Shown in pieces: positions 22,492-33,510 of a DNA stretch of 64,000 nt (position 1 is the stretch's first letter; every line of letters starts with the position of its first letter). This DNA is from Vairimorpha necatrix. Lineage: Eukaryota. Made by a program: the position numbers and the translations under genes. A model generated the notes under the pieces. The model did no database searches, was not told the origin of the DNA, and was given only the letters and a program-made list of their open reading frames with translations. The stretch is taken from the NCBI GenBank assembly GCA_036630325.1, contig CP142736.1, positions 62,001 through 126,000 of the forward strand, read 5' to 3'.

Positions 22492-24483
22492 TTATTTTGT
22501 TTCTTCTTCCCCTTGCTTAGTATCTTGCTCAGTATGTTGCTTAGTATCTTGCTTAGTATCTTGCTTAGTATTTTGCTTAGTATGTTGCTTAGTATTTTGC
22601 TTAGTATCTTGATTAGTATCTTCCCCTTTCTTAGTTTCTTCTTGTTCCATTTTTTTTATTTCTTCTTCTGCTTTAACTAAACACCCTTTCAAATCATCTT
22701 TAATTTTCTCAAATACCGTTCTATCAAAACTTGAAGCATTAAATAAATCCAATCTCATTTTTTTATCAATCTCTTCCAATTTATAAAACATTCCTTGTAA
22801 CTTAAAATACGATGGATTAGATTTCTTACTAAACCTTTCTTTATATTCATTTATCGTATTTTTCATATTTTCAATTTCTTCTCTAATATTTTTTTCTAAT
22901 TTTTCAAATTTCTCAGTTACAAAACTTAACTGTTTTATCGTATTATTTCTTACTTCTTCTTCTTCTTCAAGTGCATTACAACTTGGTATATCAAATAAAT
23001 CCATAGCTATGTTTCTTACTTTTTCTTCGTCTTCGTTATTAAATAAATCTTTTAAGTTTCCTGACATACAATCTAATAAACTCATTGCCATAGTTTCTAA
23101 TTCATTTCTCATATGACCAATTTTTTCAATATTAGTTTCTAATAATCTTAATTTTTCTTCTAATTTTATTAATTCGTCTTTTTTTTCTTGTGACATTTCA
23201 AATGTTTCAAATTTAAATTCTAAATTTTTTTCATCAATTTTACAAGATTTTATTTCTAATAGGCCTAGTTTATTAATTTGTAATAAAATTTTTACTGGTT
23301 CAGCTTCTTCAGTATCTTCTTTATTTATTATTAATTTTCCTATAAATTCTTCATCTTCTGTAAATTCCAAAATGAAAGAATTTTTTCTATTGTAAGTTAA
23401 AGTTTTAGAAGTTTCAATTAAATCTGTTTTTTTAAAAATTTCAGTTTTTTTTTCATTACCTTCAATTTTTATATTTATATTTCTACCTATGACGTCATTT
23501 AGTTTAAATTTATTTGATAAAATTGAGCATGCCATTCCCAAAGCTGTACCAATAGCACAACTTTCTGTTAAATCTAAAGTTGATTGATATTCAATTTTTT
23601 TTTCTAAAATTTTTTTTATTAAAAATGAACTTGAGTTTCCTCCTGTAATTTCTGTAATTCCTTCAAATTTTGTTTCATTTTTTATTATTTCTAAAAATTT
23701 TTCAATTTTTTCCATATCTTCTTTACAAGCTACTAAATATTCTTCCTGTGTAATTTGTATATTAACAGGGGTTTCATTAAAATAAATTTGTGTATTAGCA
23801 GTTTCTGAAGAGTTTAAAATTGTTTTTAATTTTTCCAAATGTCTAATAATAATTTCTCTTATAATTTTTTTATCTTCTAATTTATATTTTTTTATTATTA
23901 AATTTATCAATTTTTCGTCAAAATTTTTTGCCCCAATTTTTAAATTATTTAAGTAGGTAGGTGTCAATTTGAAATTTATATAGTTAAATATTCCTATTTC
24001 TGTTTTTGTATGCCCAAAATCCATAATCATAAATTTTTCCTGTATTTTTTCCCTTCTCAAACAAGCAAACATTCCTATTGCGCTTATATCATTGTAAAAT
24101 CTTTCTACTTTCATATTACACAATTTTGAAATTTCTAATAAAAATTTTTTATCAGAATATTTAAAATATGAAGGTATAGAAATACAAATAGAAGGAGCTC
24201 CTTTTGTATTATTTTTTATTATTCTGTCTAAATATTTTAAGAACATTAAATAAACTTGACAATTTTCATTAGTTAAATCATCTCTGAAATTTCTAAATCT
24301 TAGATTTATAGTTTGTTCATGTTCTCCTGTAATATTATTACCAAATTTCCTTATAGGGGTAGTTAGTTCTAATAAAGTAGGAATTGATCTTTTTCCTTGT
24401 TCGTCTCCTATGATTTTACCATTTTCTTTAGAACTAGAAATAGTTGTTTTATAAGAACCAAAATCTATACCAATGAATTCCAT
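22492..24483 (-). CDS. Divergent Hsp70-family protein, probably Hsp110/Sse1-type
   Basis: MEFIGIDFGS, IMDFGHTKT, GAKNFDEKL, EITGGNS, ESCAIGTALG; long helical C-terminus and no EEVD. ATG at 24483 follows CCCC-AAATT. Confidence 0.85.
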   Translation of the reverse strand: MEFIGIDFGSYKTTISSSKENGKIIGDEQGKRSIPTLLELTTPIRKFGNNITGEHEQTINLRFRNFRDDLTNENCQVYLMFLKYLDRIIKNNTKGAPSICISIPSYFKYSDKKFLLEISKLCNMKVERFYNDISAIGMFACLRREKIQEKFMIMDFGHTKTEIGIFNYINFKLTPTYLNNLKIGAKNFDEKLINLIIKKYKLEDKKIIREIIIRHLEKLKTILNSSETANTQIYFNETPVNIQITQEEYLVACKEDMEKIEKFLEIIKNETKFEGITEITGGNSSSFLIKKILEKKIEYQSTLDLTESCAIGTALGMACSILSNKFKLNDVIGRNINIKIEGNEKKTEIFKKTDLIETSKTLTYNRKNSFILEFTEDEEFIGKLIINKEDTEEAEPVKILLQINKLGLLEIKSCKIDEKNLEFKFETFEMSQEKKDELIKLEEKLRLLETNIEKIGHMRNELETMAMSLLDCMSGNLKDLFNNEDEEKVRNIAMDLFDIPSCNALEEEEEVRNNTIKQLSFVTEKFEKLEKNIREEIENMKNTINEYKERFSKKSNPSYFKLQGMFYKLEEIDKKMRLDLFNASSFDRTVFEKIKDDLKGCLVKAEEEIKKMEQEETKKGEDTNQDTKQNTKQHTKQNTKQDTKQDTKQHTEQDTKQGEEETK
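22513..22621 (-). repeat. 12-bp coding tandem repeat (D/N/H)TKQ in the Hsp70 C-terminal tail
   Basis: About nine units of ttgcttagtatc and variants. Confidence 0.9.
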
Positions 24484-25333
24484 AATTTGGGGTATAAAAA
24501 AAAGAAGAAATTTATATTTCGAAATTTTCAAGAAAATTCAAGAAAATTCAATCTCATGAAATTGATTTAGTCTTATGGGATTGAATTTTCTAAAGCGATT
24601 AAGTCTTATGGGATTCTAAGTCTTATAGAATTCTAAATCTTAAGACATTGATAAGTATTATAATTCTTTTTAACTATTTTATTGGTAGTTAGTTTTGACT
24701 ACCCTTTCTTTTTCTTTGAAATTTTAAAAGTGTCTAGTGCTTATTTTTCAGATATTTATCTGATATTTGTTCATTTTAAATTATTATTTTTGTAAAACTC
24801 AGTTCCAAAATATCTTTTTTTAGAATTTATTTAACTCCTCTCTAGAAATAATATGAAGATAAATGTTTCAATTGAATTTTTACTATCAAAGAAATCAATA
24901 TTATTATTATTAAATTTGTCTTTATATCGTATAAATATGCTTTTAACTAAGCCTAGATCTACTTATAGTATTTACTGATTGAGGTATACTAGTCAAATAT
25001 CAAGCATGTCTAGATCTGAAATTAGATACATATTCAATATTATAAATTGAGCACTTATTTTATATAATATAAGCTCTTTATCTCTAGAAGTACATTAATA
25101 AAATATTGCATCTCTTTAATAAGCTCACTTTTGTGCTTAAAAAAGACAAGGCACAAAATAAAATATGAAGAACCATAAATTAAGTCAAATAAAATTTTTA
25201 AATTTTAGTTTACTATGTTTATAGGAATATTCTTTAATCTCTCTTTTAATTTTTTAATTTATTTTATAGTACATTGTATATTATTTAAAGTTGTCTCTAT
25301 AAAAGTATAAATACTCCTCTAAATCTCCCCCAC

Positions 25334-26029
25334 ATGAATATCCTTCTCTTCCTTTTTTCAGTTTACTCCACCACTGAGCAAATTACTTACCAAGGCATAA
25401 GAAACCTCCTCGACTCTTTTAATGTAAATTTCGTCAAATATGTAAGCGACTCAGAAGAAAGAACAATCAAGTACATTAACAATCTCTTAGAAGAGAAATC
25501 CAGACAGGACATTGAGAGACAGAACAATCTCCAGAAGAATATCGAGGAACTCTTAAAGAAGCATGAGACTAAGGATTCACTCCTGAATCTCCTCCCTCTC
25601 TTGAACAAGACACAGAATAATGAAGAGGCTTTATTAAGCCTCTTGACTAATAAAGCGGGAGATAGTAAAATGCCTCTGCTTTTGTACTTGATGAATAAAA
25701 GCAATACGCAGATACCCCCCAATTTATTAGTGACACTGTTTAATAATACGGGAGATAATGAGACATTAGTGAATTATTTATTGTATCAAAAATTAACCGA
25801 ACAAAATCAATCTTGTCCTCAAGCACCTAATCAAGCTTTTACTATTCCTCAAGGATCAAATCAAGCTTTTAATTATGGACCTACTCCGCCCACTTTTAAT
25901 ACTCAGCCTGCAAGTTATGGCCCTGCCCCCGAACCCCGTGTGATCCCAAATTGTCCTTTGTACGCTGAGACATGTCCCACTGGAGTAGAGACAAGGGAAT
26001 ATGGAAGAAATTATGGTAAGAGACCTTAA
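25334..26029 (+). CDS. Putative secreted protein with Pro/Gln-rich C-terminus (possible spore/structural protein)
   Basis: Signal-like MNILLFLFSVYS; TATAAATA at ~25307 and CCCCC-AC before ATG. Confidence 0.8.
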   Translation: MNILLFLFSVYSTTEQITYQGIRNLLDSFNVNFVKYVSDSEERTIKYINNLLEEKSRQDIERQNNLQKNIEELLKKHETKDSLLNLLPLLNKTQNNEEALLSLLTNKAGDSKMPLLLYLMNKSNTQIPPNLLVTLFNNTGDNETLVNYLLYQKLTEQNQSCPQAPNQAFTIPQGSNQAFNYGPTPPTFNTQPASYGPAPEPRVIPNCPLYAETCPTGVETREYGRNYGKRP

Positions 26030-26125
26030 GTTTATTAAATTGTAAATATTTTAAAACATCTTCTTTTATATTTTGTAAATTTAATTACATGTTGTGCATT
26101 TATGAACGATCAAGACTGTGTGTCC

Positions 26126-26159
26126 TTACACATGAGAAAGGAATCTTTCTCATGTGTAA
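26126..26159. other. Perfect 15-bp hairpin
   Basis: TTACACATGAGAAAG-GAAT-CTTTCTCATGTGTAA. Confidence 0.9.
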
Positions 26160-26288
26160 ATTCCAAAATTTATAAAAATGTTTAGCCTGTATTATAAACA
26201 TTTTCTTCTTTTTAAATTATTTAAGGTTTACTCTAAATTATTTAAGGTTTATTTGAAACTATAAATAGGCCTCATTTTTTCATCCTTA

Positions 26289-27377
26289 ATGTTGTCTGTC
26301 TTAAACTTGTATTTTATATACACGACTAATCCAAGTGAAGAAGACTTGACTCAGTATGGGGCATGTAAAAGAGACGAGTATCAGTATCGTACAAGGAAAC
26401 TTTATAACTCAGAGTCTTCAGACGCACATGACGTCACAATTGATATGCCAACAGAAGAGACCATTAATACCCAGTTTAATGAAGCTGAGTCTATTAGTAC
26501 TGAGACCATCCATCAAGAAACTATTGAAGGAGTGCCTATTAGTACTGAGACAATTAGTCAAGAAACTATTGAAGGAGTGCCTATTAGTACTGAAACAATT
26601 AGTCAAGAAACTATATGTACTGAAACAATCATTAAAGAAATTATAAGTACCCAATTTATTGAAGGAGTGCCCATAAGTCAAGAAATTATTGAAGCAGAGT
26701 CCATTAATACCAAGTTTATTGAAGCAGTGCCTATTAGTCAAGAAGATATCAGTACCCAGTTTATTGAAGCAGAGTCTTCTAATGCAGAAGTAATCCTTAC
26801 AGAGACAAGAGAATTAAAAAATGAAGAAGATCTAAGAAATGACGAAGTAATCCCCGTAGAGACAAGCGAAATAAGAAGTGACGACGAAAATATACCAGCT
26901 TGTGTTTACAGAATGGAAGATTCGACATACCTGGACGCAGAAGATGAAAATATAAAAGACAGAGAAACTAAAATGCATTTTAGAGATGGAGAGGACACTG
27001 TCCTGTACGATATAATGAATAAACTAGAAGAAATCTCTAAGAAGATAGACTGCTATGGTAACCTCTACCAGGGACTAGTAGACCAAGATATCTTGAAAAA
27101 TATAACAGAAGAAAATAATAAACAAGCCGCCAGTTTAGTGTCAAGCATAGGCTTACTATATAACCACTATTTAGGGGTGATCAAAAATGAGATACTGCCT
27201 GAAATGGCAAAGGAAATAGTAAGCGAAATTAAGCAAGAAATGAAGAAGATCCTTAATATTGACCCACAAGAAAATGCTTCTTCTTCTTCTTCTAAGAATA
27301 ATAAGGATATGATAATACAATTATATTTAAGTGGACGAATAGATCGAGATAAATTAATACCCTTATTATTATTATAA
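26289..27377 (+). CDS. Acidic putative secreted protein with 15-aa tandem repeats
   Basis: Signal-like MLSVLNLYFIYT; 45-bp repeats from 26491 (ISTETISQETIEGVP); upstream TATAAATA. Confidence 0.8.
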   Translation: MLSVLNLYFIYTTNPSEEDLTQYGACKRDEYQYRTRKLYNSESSDAHDVTIDMPTEETINTQFNEAESISTETIHQETIEGVPISTETISQETIEGVPISTETISQETICTETIIKEIISTQFIEGVPISQEIIEAESINTKFIEAVPISQEDISTQFIEAESSNAEVILTETRELKNEEDLRNDEVIPVETSEIRSDDENIPACVYRMEDSTYLDAEDENIKDRETKMHFRDGEDTVLYDIMNKLEEISKKIDCYGNLYQGLVDQDILKNITEENNKQAASLVSSIGLLYNHYLGVIKNEILPEMAKEIVSEIKQEMKKILNIDPQENASSSSSKNNKDMIIQLYLSGRIDRDKLIPLLLL

Positions 27378-27466
27378 GAAAATCCCCCCTGTAAATAAAA
27401 ATTTAATTTTTAAATCATATTATAATATCATATTATACTAGATATTATAATAATATTTATTTAAAT

Positions 27467-29119
27467 TTATTTCTGATAATATTTCTCATATAAATCTAAT
27501 TTCCCATCTACAAGTTCACACAAATTATAATTCTCTTTCACTAATCCTAAAACCTCTTCATCTTTATCTTTCTTCTCTTCTAAATTCTTATAAAACTCAT
27601 CACTGACCTTCTCAACCTCCTTAACACACATTATTAATTCATCATCCTCATCATTATAAATCTTCTTACTCTGGTCTATTAACAATTTCTCAAAGAAATC
27701 AACATTCTCTTCTAATTCACCAAGACGAGTCTCTTCTTTATCTAATTGACTCAGAATTATCTTATAATTATTAAGACTCTCGAGTAACTTCTCATCTTCC
27801 TCGAAAATCTCTCTGGCTTTAGTATTGAAATCTTTAATATTTTCTTCTAATTTACAAGTCTGTTCTTGGATGATCTCGTAAAGGGACATTTGGACAAAAG
27901 AGGTGTTTCTTTCGGGATTTGATAATTTACTATTGTCGCCGAAAATACTAGTTTTATCAGAAACTGAATCATTTGTATCTTGAGAAACTGGGGGTGATTG
28001 TAATTGAGTTATAGTGGAGGAATCTGCTACTTGAGGCTGATTATTTGTAAAGGGAGTTGGAGTTTGAGGCTGATTATTCGCAAAGGGAGTCGCAAGAGGC
28101 TGATTATTTGCAAAGGGAGTTGGAGCTTGGGGCTGCATACTTGCAAATGGATCTGCAGCTTGAGGCTTCATGTTTGCAAATGGGTCAACTACTTGAGTCT
28201 GAGGCTGTTGTGTTTGGGGCTGCATGCCTGCAAATGGGTCAGCAACTTGCGTCTGAGGCTGCATATTTGCAAAAGGAGTCGCAGTTTGTGTCTTCATGCC
28301 TGCAAATGGATTTGATGCTTGAGATTTCATATTTGCAAATGGGTCTGCTACTTGAGGCTGCTGTGTTTGGGGCTGCTGTGTTTGAAGCTGATTACTTGCG
28401 AATGAAGTCGCAGTTTGTGTCTTCATGCCTGCAAAAGGGTCAGCTACTTGCGTCTGAGGCTGCATATTTGCGAAAGGACTTGATGCTTGAGATTTCATAT
28501 TAGCAAAAGGATCGGCTGCTTGAGTTTGCGTCTTCATATTCGCAAATGGGTCTGCTACTTGAGTCTTCATGTTCGCGAAGGGGTCTGCTACTTGTGGCGT
28601 CGTATTTTGTACTTGCCCAAAAGATGAAAATGTATTCTGCTGTGTCCCAAATGTCCCATACTGCGTAGTCGGTGTAGCAGCGGCTTGATTATTAGTCTGC
28701 ATCCCAGGAAATGTACTGGTACTATTAAACTGTGTGCTTGGTGTACTAGACACTTGATTTAATAAATTATAAGAATTAGAAGAAGTCTGTGGCTGCATAT
28801 TAGCAAAAGGATTAGTAGACTGCTGTGTACCAAATACAGAAGGCTGTGTAGAAGTAGCAGTGGGCTTCATATTAGCAAATGGATTGGCGGGCTGAGTGGG
28901 CTGCATATTAGCGAAGGGGTTGGCGGGCTGAGTGGGCTGCATATTAGCGAAAGGATTGGCGGGCTGAGCGGGCTGCATATTCATAAATGGGTTAGTAGAC
29001 TGCTGATTAGTGGAGTATAAAGATTGTTGGGGAGTATTTGATTGGTTCATATTTGAAAATGGATCATTTGGATTTTGGGGCTGATCTTCTTTCTTAGGAT
29101 TAAAAGGATTGAAGTTCAT
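27467..29119 (-). CDS. Nsp1/Nup62-like nucleoporin with (N/D/S/T)PFA repeats
   Basis: Q/T/N/P-rich repeats of NPFANM/DPFANMK, then a coiled coil SLYEIIQEQTCKLEENIKDFNTKAREIFEEDEKL resembling the Nsp1_C domain. C-run before ATG. Confidence 0.7.
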   Translation of the reverse strand: MNFNPFNPKKEDQPQNPNDPFSNMNQSNTPQQSLYSTNQQSTNPFMNMQPAQPANPFANMQPTQPANPFANMQPTQPANPFANMKPTATSTQPSVFGTQQSTNPFANMQPQTSSNSYNLLNQVSSTPSTQFNSTSTFPGMQTNNQAAATPTTQYGTFGTQQNTFSSFGQVQNTTPQVADPFANMKTQVADPFANMKTQTQAADPFANMKSQASSPFANMQPQTQVADPFAGMKTQTATSFASNQLQTQQPQTQQPQVADPFANMKSQASNPFAGMKTQTATPFANMQPQTQVADPFAGMQPQTQQPQTQVVDPFANMKPQAADPFASMQPQAPTPFANNQPLATPFANNQPQTPTPFTNNQPQVADSSTITQLQSPPVSQDTNDSVSDKTSIFGDNSKLSNPERNTSFVQMSLYEIIQEQTCKLEENIKDFNTKAREIFEEDEKLLESLNNYKIILSQLDKEETRLGELEENVDFFEKLLIDQSKKIYNDEDDELIMCVKEVEKVSDEFYKNLEEKKDKDEEVLGLVKENYNLCELVDGKLDLYEKYYQK

Positions 29120-29784
29120 TTGAAGGGGGGTAAATAAAAGATTTAAAGAAATCCAAGAAAAGTGAAAAAAGCGGAAAAATCAAAGAATGCTTTGTAATCA
29201 GGATGACAAGAATATTTATAAAATGTCACATTATAAAAAGAGAGGTAAAAATGAGTCTGTTTTTGTTATACTATGTTCATATAAGCTTTTTTTTTTATTC
29301 ATAAAAAAAAGAATAAGCAAGTTCTAAAATATTAATCTTATGTTTATATTCCTCATAGGTTAATTTATGGAAATCTAAATTCTCGATTGTAAAAGTTTAA
29401 ATTTAAGATTACTCTTATTTTATAATTTACCCATTCTTATTTAAAAAATAACGAGGTATCATAAAAAAATAAAGAATAAAACACATGAAAGATGAAATTT
29501 CAATAAGGTCAAAAATAATAATTATAAGACGAGAAGACTCAAAGAGAAAAAGGTCTATTTCCACTTTAGACCCCTACAAATATAAATACCAATCTTTAAA
29601 AAAATATCCCTTTTTTGGAAAACCAAAGTGTAAACTAAAATAAATTGCAAAGTAGAAACAGTTAGTTCTAATTTGGTCATATTGTATGAGAAACATAAGA
29701 ATAAAACAAACCTAAGAATTAATTTACTGAATTGTGGTAAAATATATGTCTAAATACATAAAAATATGCTTATTTTCTTATGTC

Positions 29785-31013
29785 TCCTAGATCCGAAATG
29801 GGTAGAGGCCTCATAAGTATCGAAGATAGAAGCGAAAGTATGCTTCTGAATATTTATAAAACATTAGATGGGTCTAGAAATGCTCACTAAGACGGGCAGC
29901 GATACTTAAAGTAGAGGCAGAGAGCAAATCCCACTTGTTTACAATTCACGAGTATCTAAGGATTAGGTTTTGCTTGAGGAGAGATAACCAAGAAGATGCT
30001 AATAGAATCCCAAAAAGAAGCGCTTTACAACAAAATTAACTTAAGGACAAAACATGGAAAGTTGTTTAAGCCAGGGACAATGATTTAGTAAGCATTAGGG
30101 ACTCTTCTACCTGGCTGGTTAAAGGAAACAATCAGGCTAGATCTGAAGCAATTTATTGCTTCCTACGGGATAGAAATATCTTCTGTGGACAAGAGGTACA
30201 ATGTCCCCATTGTGGATATCATAGGAAGACCGTGGATCATTTAGCTACTAAGTATGATCGAATGCTGGGTTTTATTATATTAAAAGACACAACTAGGTAG
30301 TTAGATGATTCATCTCTTACTATGTATTAAATATGGGTTTAAGAAGACAAAGAAAATACGTGGACACTCAGTACAAGAGATCATGGAAAATGATCGTGCC
30401 GAAATAAGAGTAGATACGAGAATATCTACTAATATAAAGGGGACTCATAATAAGCCTGATATTCTTGTGTTTGACAAGAAGAAGAAAGAAATTTTAATAG
30501 TCGAAGTTGGTATAACCAACCAGGATCGACTTACTATAGTTGAGAATGAAAAAATTAAGAAAATATGACCTTCTTGCAAATGAACTGGGACTAATACATA
30601 AATCCTGGACAAGAATAGTTCCTTATGTAATGACATGGGATGGAGTGGTGACCAAATATCACAGAAAGTACACCAGGGAGCTAGAAATACAACCCTACCT
30701 GGAAGCATATATCCAGTCTATTGTGATGAAGAAGACTCTAGAGTCAATCTCTTTGGAACGACGACGAGGATACGATCAGGAGGATGCAGGAGAAGAAGAA
30801 GTGGCTAGAGCTGTAAGCGCACTAGCGAATATGGCGACTGTTAAAGAAATGGTGTCGGCAAAGGGGAATGAAGCTGAAAAGCGAAGTTGGAAAACATTAA
30901 TAATTCCACAGAAACCAAAGTCTGTGAAGAGCTGAATTCCATGAGCGATACCGGGGAAAGCTGTGCTATGAATATCTAATCTTAATTCTAGATTAACTCA
31001 ATAAATCTTTTAT
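29785..31013 (+). mobile_element. 5'-truncated RLE-type (R2/R4/CRE-group) non-LTR retrotransposon with 12-bp TSD
   Basis: Frameshifted CPHCGYHRKTVDHLAT, KRHN and KPDILVFDKKKKEILIVEVGIT...KYD motifs. TSD TTTTCTTATGTC at 29773-29784 and 31014-31025. Confidence 0.9.
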
Positions 31014-31472
31014 TTTTCTTATGTCATTATAATTAGATTCTAATGCTTATAATAATGTTTTGTATATTGTTTAAAACAGATTTTAGGCTTGGTTATTATT
31101 ATTATTATTTACTATTTATAAAAAAGCAGGAATTTTGTTAATTTATTAGTTTTTTAAGACGAAAGAAGATTTAAAATTTCATATTTATGTTCTTATAAAC
31201 ATTCATAGGTATTATATAACATAAAATTGCAAACTATAAAATATAAAATGGTGTAATATTAATTTACTTTATTAATATCATAATATGTTTTTACTTATTT
31301 TTAATTTATATCATTAAATTTAGTTATTTAAGTGTTCATTATATATATTCAATATTTCTTATCAAAATACATATAAATGTATAATAAGTATAGATTGATC
31401 AAGTAGATAGTAAGATAAAGAAGTAATGAAAAAAACATTCGTTTATTTTTGAATCTTATGTTGTTTTATTAT

Positions 31473-32221
31473 TGTTGAGAATATAGATTTAATAAATTTA
31501 ACCCTTAACTTACAATTGTCTTTAACATGGTGGAGAATAAAATTATTGAGCCCAAGCAAAAACAAAAGAAGAGATCGTAAGTTCCGTCGAAGCATGAGAC
31601 GTAAAAAAATGCAGTCTAAGTTAGAATGGGGATGGTTGGTTGTCTAACAGAAGAGAAGGTGATGGCTTGCATCAGTCGAGGGACCCGGATAGGTGAAGAC
31701 GTAAAGTAGCTATAAAGAGCTATGGAGAAACAGTATTGACTGTAATAAGATCTGGCATAAGAGTTGTCGAGATTAAGTGTAGTGGTAATCCCACTATTCA
31801 CATTAAAGCTATCGTGGCAAGGTAGTTGAATCAATGGTGTTCAAAAATCCAGAGAGATTTAAAAAGAGAAGAAAATCAAAAAGAAACTGTGTTTTAGTCG
31901 AAGAATGAGATAGACGGAAAAAATTCGATTTCATTGTTGGGAAGACATGTGTAAAGAATAATCACATGCCCATAGACTACATGTATTAAACAGGGAAAGA
32001 AAGTACCTCGAAGACCAATACTAGAAGGGATTGTAAGACGCGGTAGAGTAAAGCGCAGCCCATGGTCAGTTAACATAAAAATGCACTTTTATTTTGAGAG
32101 CCCAGTAGTAGGCGTAGGAAGTAGTAAAGATAATTTCATCGCCCAATTCTAAATTTAGCGCGGGGATGTTGAGAATATAGATTTAATAAATTTAACCCTT
32201 AACTTACAATTGTCTTTAACA
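31473..32221 (+). mobile_element. TRIM (miniature non-coding LTR element), young copy
   Basis: Identical 55-bp TG...CA repeats (31473-31527, 32167-32221); PBS TGGTGGAGAAT; PPT-like AGCGCGGGGA; TSD ATTAT. Confidence 0.93.
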
Positions 32222-33129
32222 ATTATAAATTTTTTTTATGACTTTTCCCCTTCTCGTTCTGTCCACTTTAAATTTCGAAAAATAGATGTATTTTCTAAAA
32301 ATTGGTATTTTTATGTAAGAGGAAGACTAAAGTGGAAATTCTCCGAGTAAAAGTTCTAGATAAAAAAAAATTTTATTTTTTCAAAATAAAACACAAATAT
32401 ACAGTAGTATTTAACAAAACGAATCTTTGTCATAGTTCAGCACTATTGCCCCAATTACGCAACAATAGAAGATTTATTAAAGCACATCTACATGGCGCAT
32501 GTGCAGTTATTTTTACATTTGCAAAAAAAAATTAGATGCTTTCGCAGCTTGAAAAACGTAGAAAAAACCATCGATCTTCTTAAGCATTCAAAGATAAAAA
32601 CTACGGTTTAAAAAATTTTAAAAGTGAATAGTTATAAATTAAAGTGTTGTAATAAGGTGGATCTCAAGCAAAACAATCATATATATTAAAGAATATCGTG
32701 AATACCAATAAGATATTACAATTAGAGAAACCTTTTTTTTAAGATTGCTAAAAGCATATTAACAAAGTTAGAATGATAGAGTGGTAAACAAATTGTTAAT
32801 CGATTATCATGCATTTACAAGAATTTATACTCTCTTTTGTATAATTTCGAAATCGTGTACTGAGTTTTTTGACTAATATCTTAGAAGATACCATGTGTCA
32901 GCTATAAGACCGGGTTCATAACGAGACACGCACTTCCAAAGATAAAAATTATATATTAACAAATTAGTTGTATTTTTTACCACATAATTTTATTATCCTT
33001 CAAATGCTATTTCTAGAATATATTTGCGACAAATATTTTTTATTCTATTTAAATTAAACAAGCTACAATTAGTACAAAAGGACGAAAGAGAAGTCAAAAT
33101 CCATTAATATAATATTAAATAAAAACTTA

Positions 33130-33510
33130 TTTGCAAGGAGGGGTATCTTAGAATGTATCTACAAACAGGCCGCCTCACGGTGTTAACACCACAATATGGA
33201 AATATCAAGAAACAAATTGACCTTTGAGAAGATATAGTTTTAGGCCCATTTACAAACTAATATAGTTTGTAAAGAGATTTGTGTAATCGTCTTCACTTGC
33301 AACCGATTACTTGACTATATCATGATATCACAAACATTAACTTACCTGCAACATGATTGCCGCAAGTTGATAAAAAAACTATTTAAAGAAATTTAATTGA
33401 ATAAATTTTTTTGTCTTATAAAAGAGTTCTTCATCATATATAAAGTCTTAGACTACACCGCCGATGCTGTTAGTTGTAAACTTATTAAACAACGCTTAAC
33501 AGATTTCAAA
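33130..33510 (+). mobile_element. Possible piggyBac transposase remnant
   Basis: Decayed peptides resembling RMYIPNKP-KYG (cttagaatgtatctacaaacaggccg) and the D-LD...C...RW region; highly degenerate. Confidence 0.25.

Larger units (their letters stand above)
29552..32344. mobile_element. Merlin-type MITE (GG...CC) hosting two nested retroelements
   Basis: Imperfect ~75-bp TIRs (ggtctatttccactttag... / ...ctaaagtggaaattctcc). 8-bp TSD GAGAAAAA/GAGTAAAA (1 mismatch). Left end resembles 41656-41740. Confidence 0.75.

Noticed and set aside
26491-26770. CRISPR-like array
   Set aside because: In-frame coding tandem repeats with no unique spacers, in a eukaryotic context.
25334-27377. PTP1/PTP2 polar tube gene pair
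   Set aside because: The second gene is acidic rather than Lys-rich and neither shows recognisable PTP motifs, so no symbol was assigned.
28004-28503. Repetitive plus-strand ORFs
   Set aside because: Antisense shadows of the nucleoporin repeat region. The same applies to shadow ORFs at 6967, 18091-19316, 25387, 26356-26741, 37142, 37679, 43575, 49804, 53357-54318 and 58368.
31616-32076. ORFs inside the TRIM (also 50757-50975)
   Set aside because: Antisense to the element, frames not preserved between the two copies, and no retroelement motifs.
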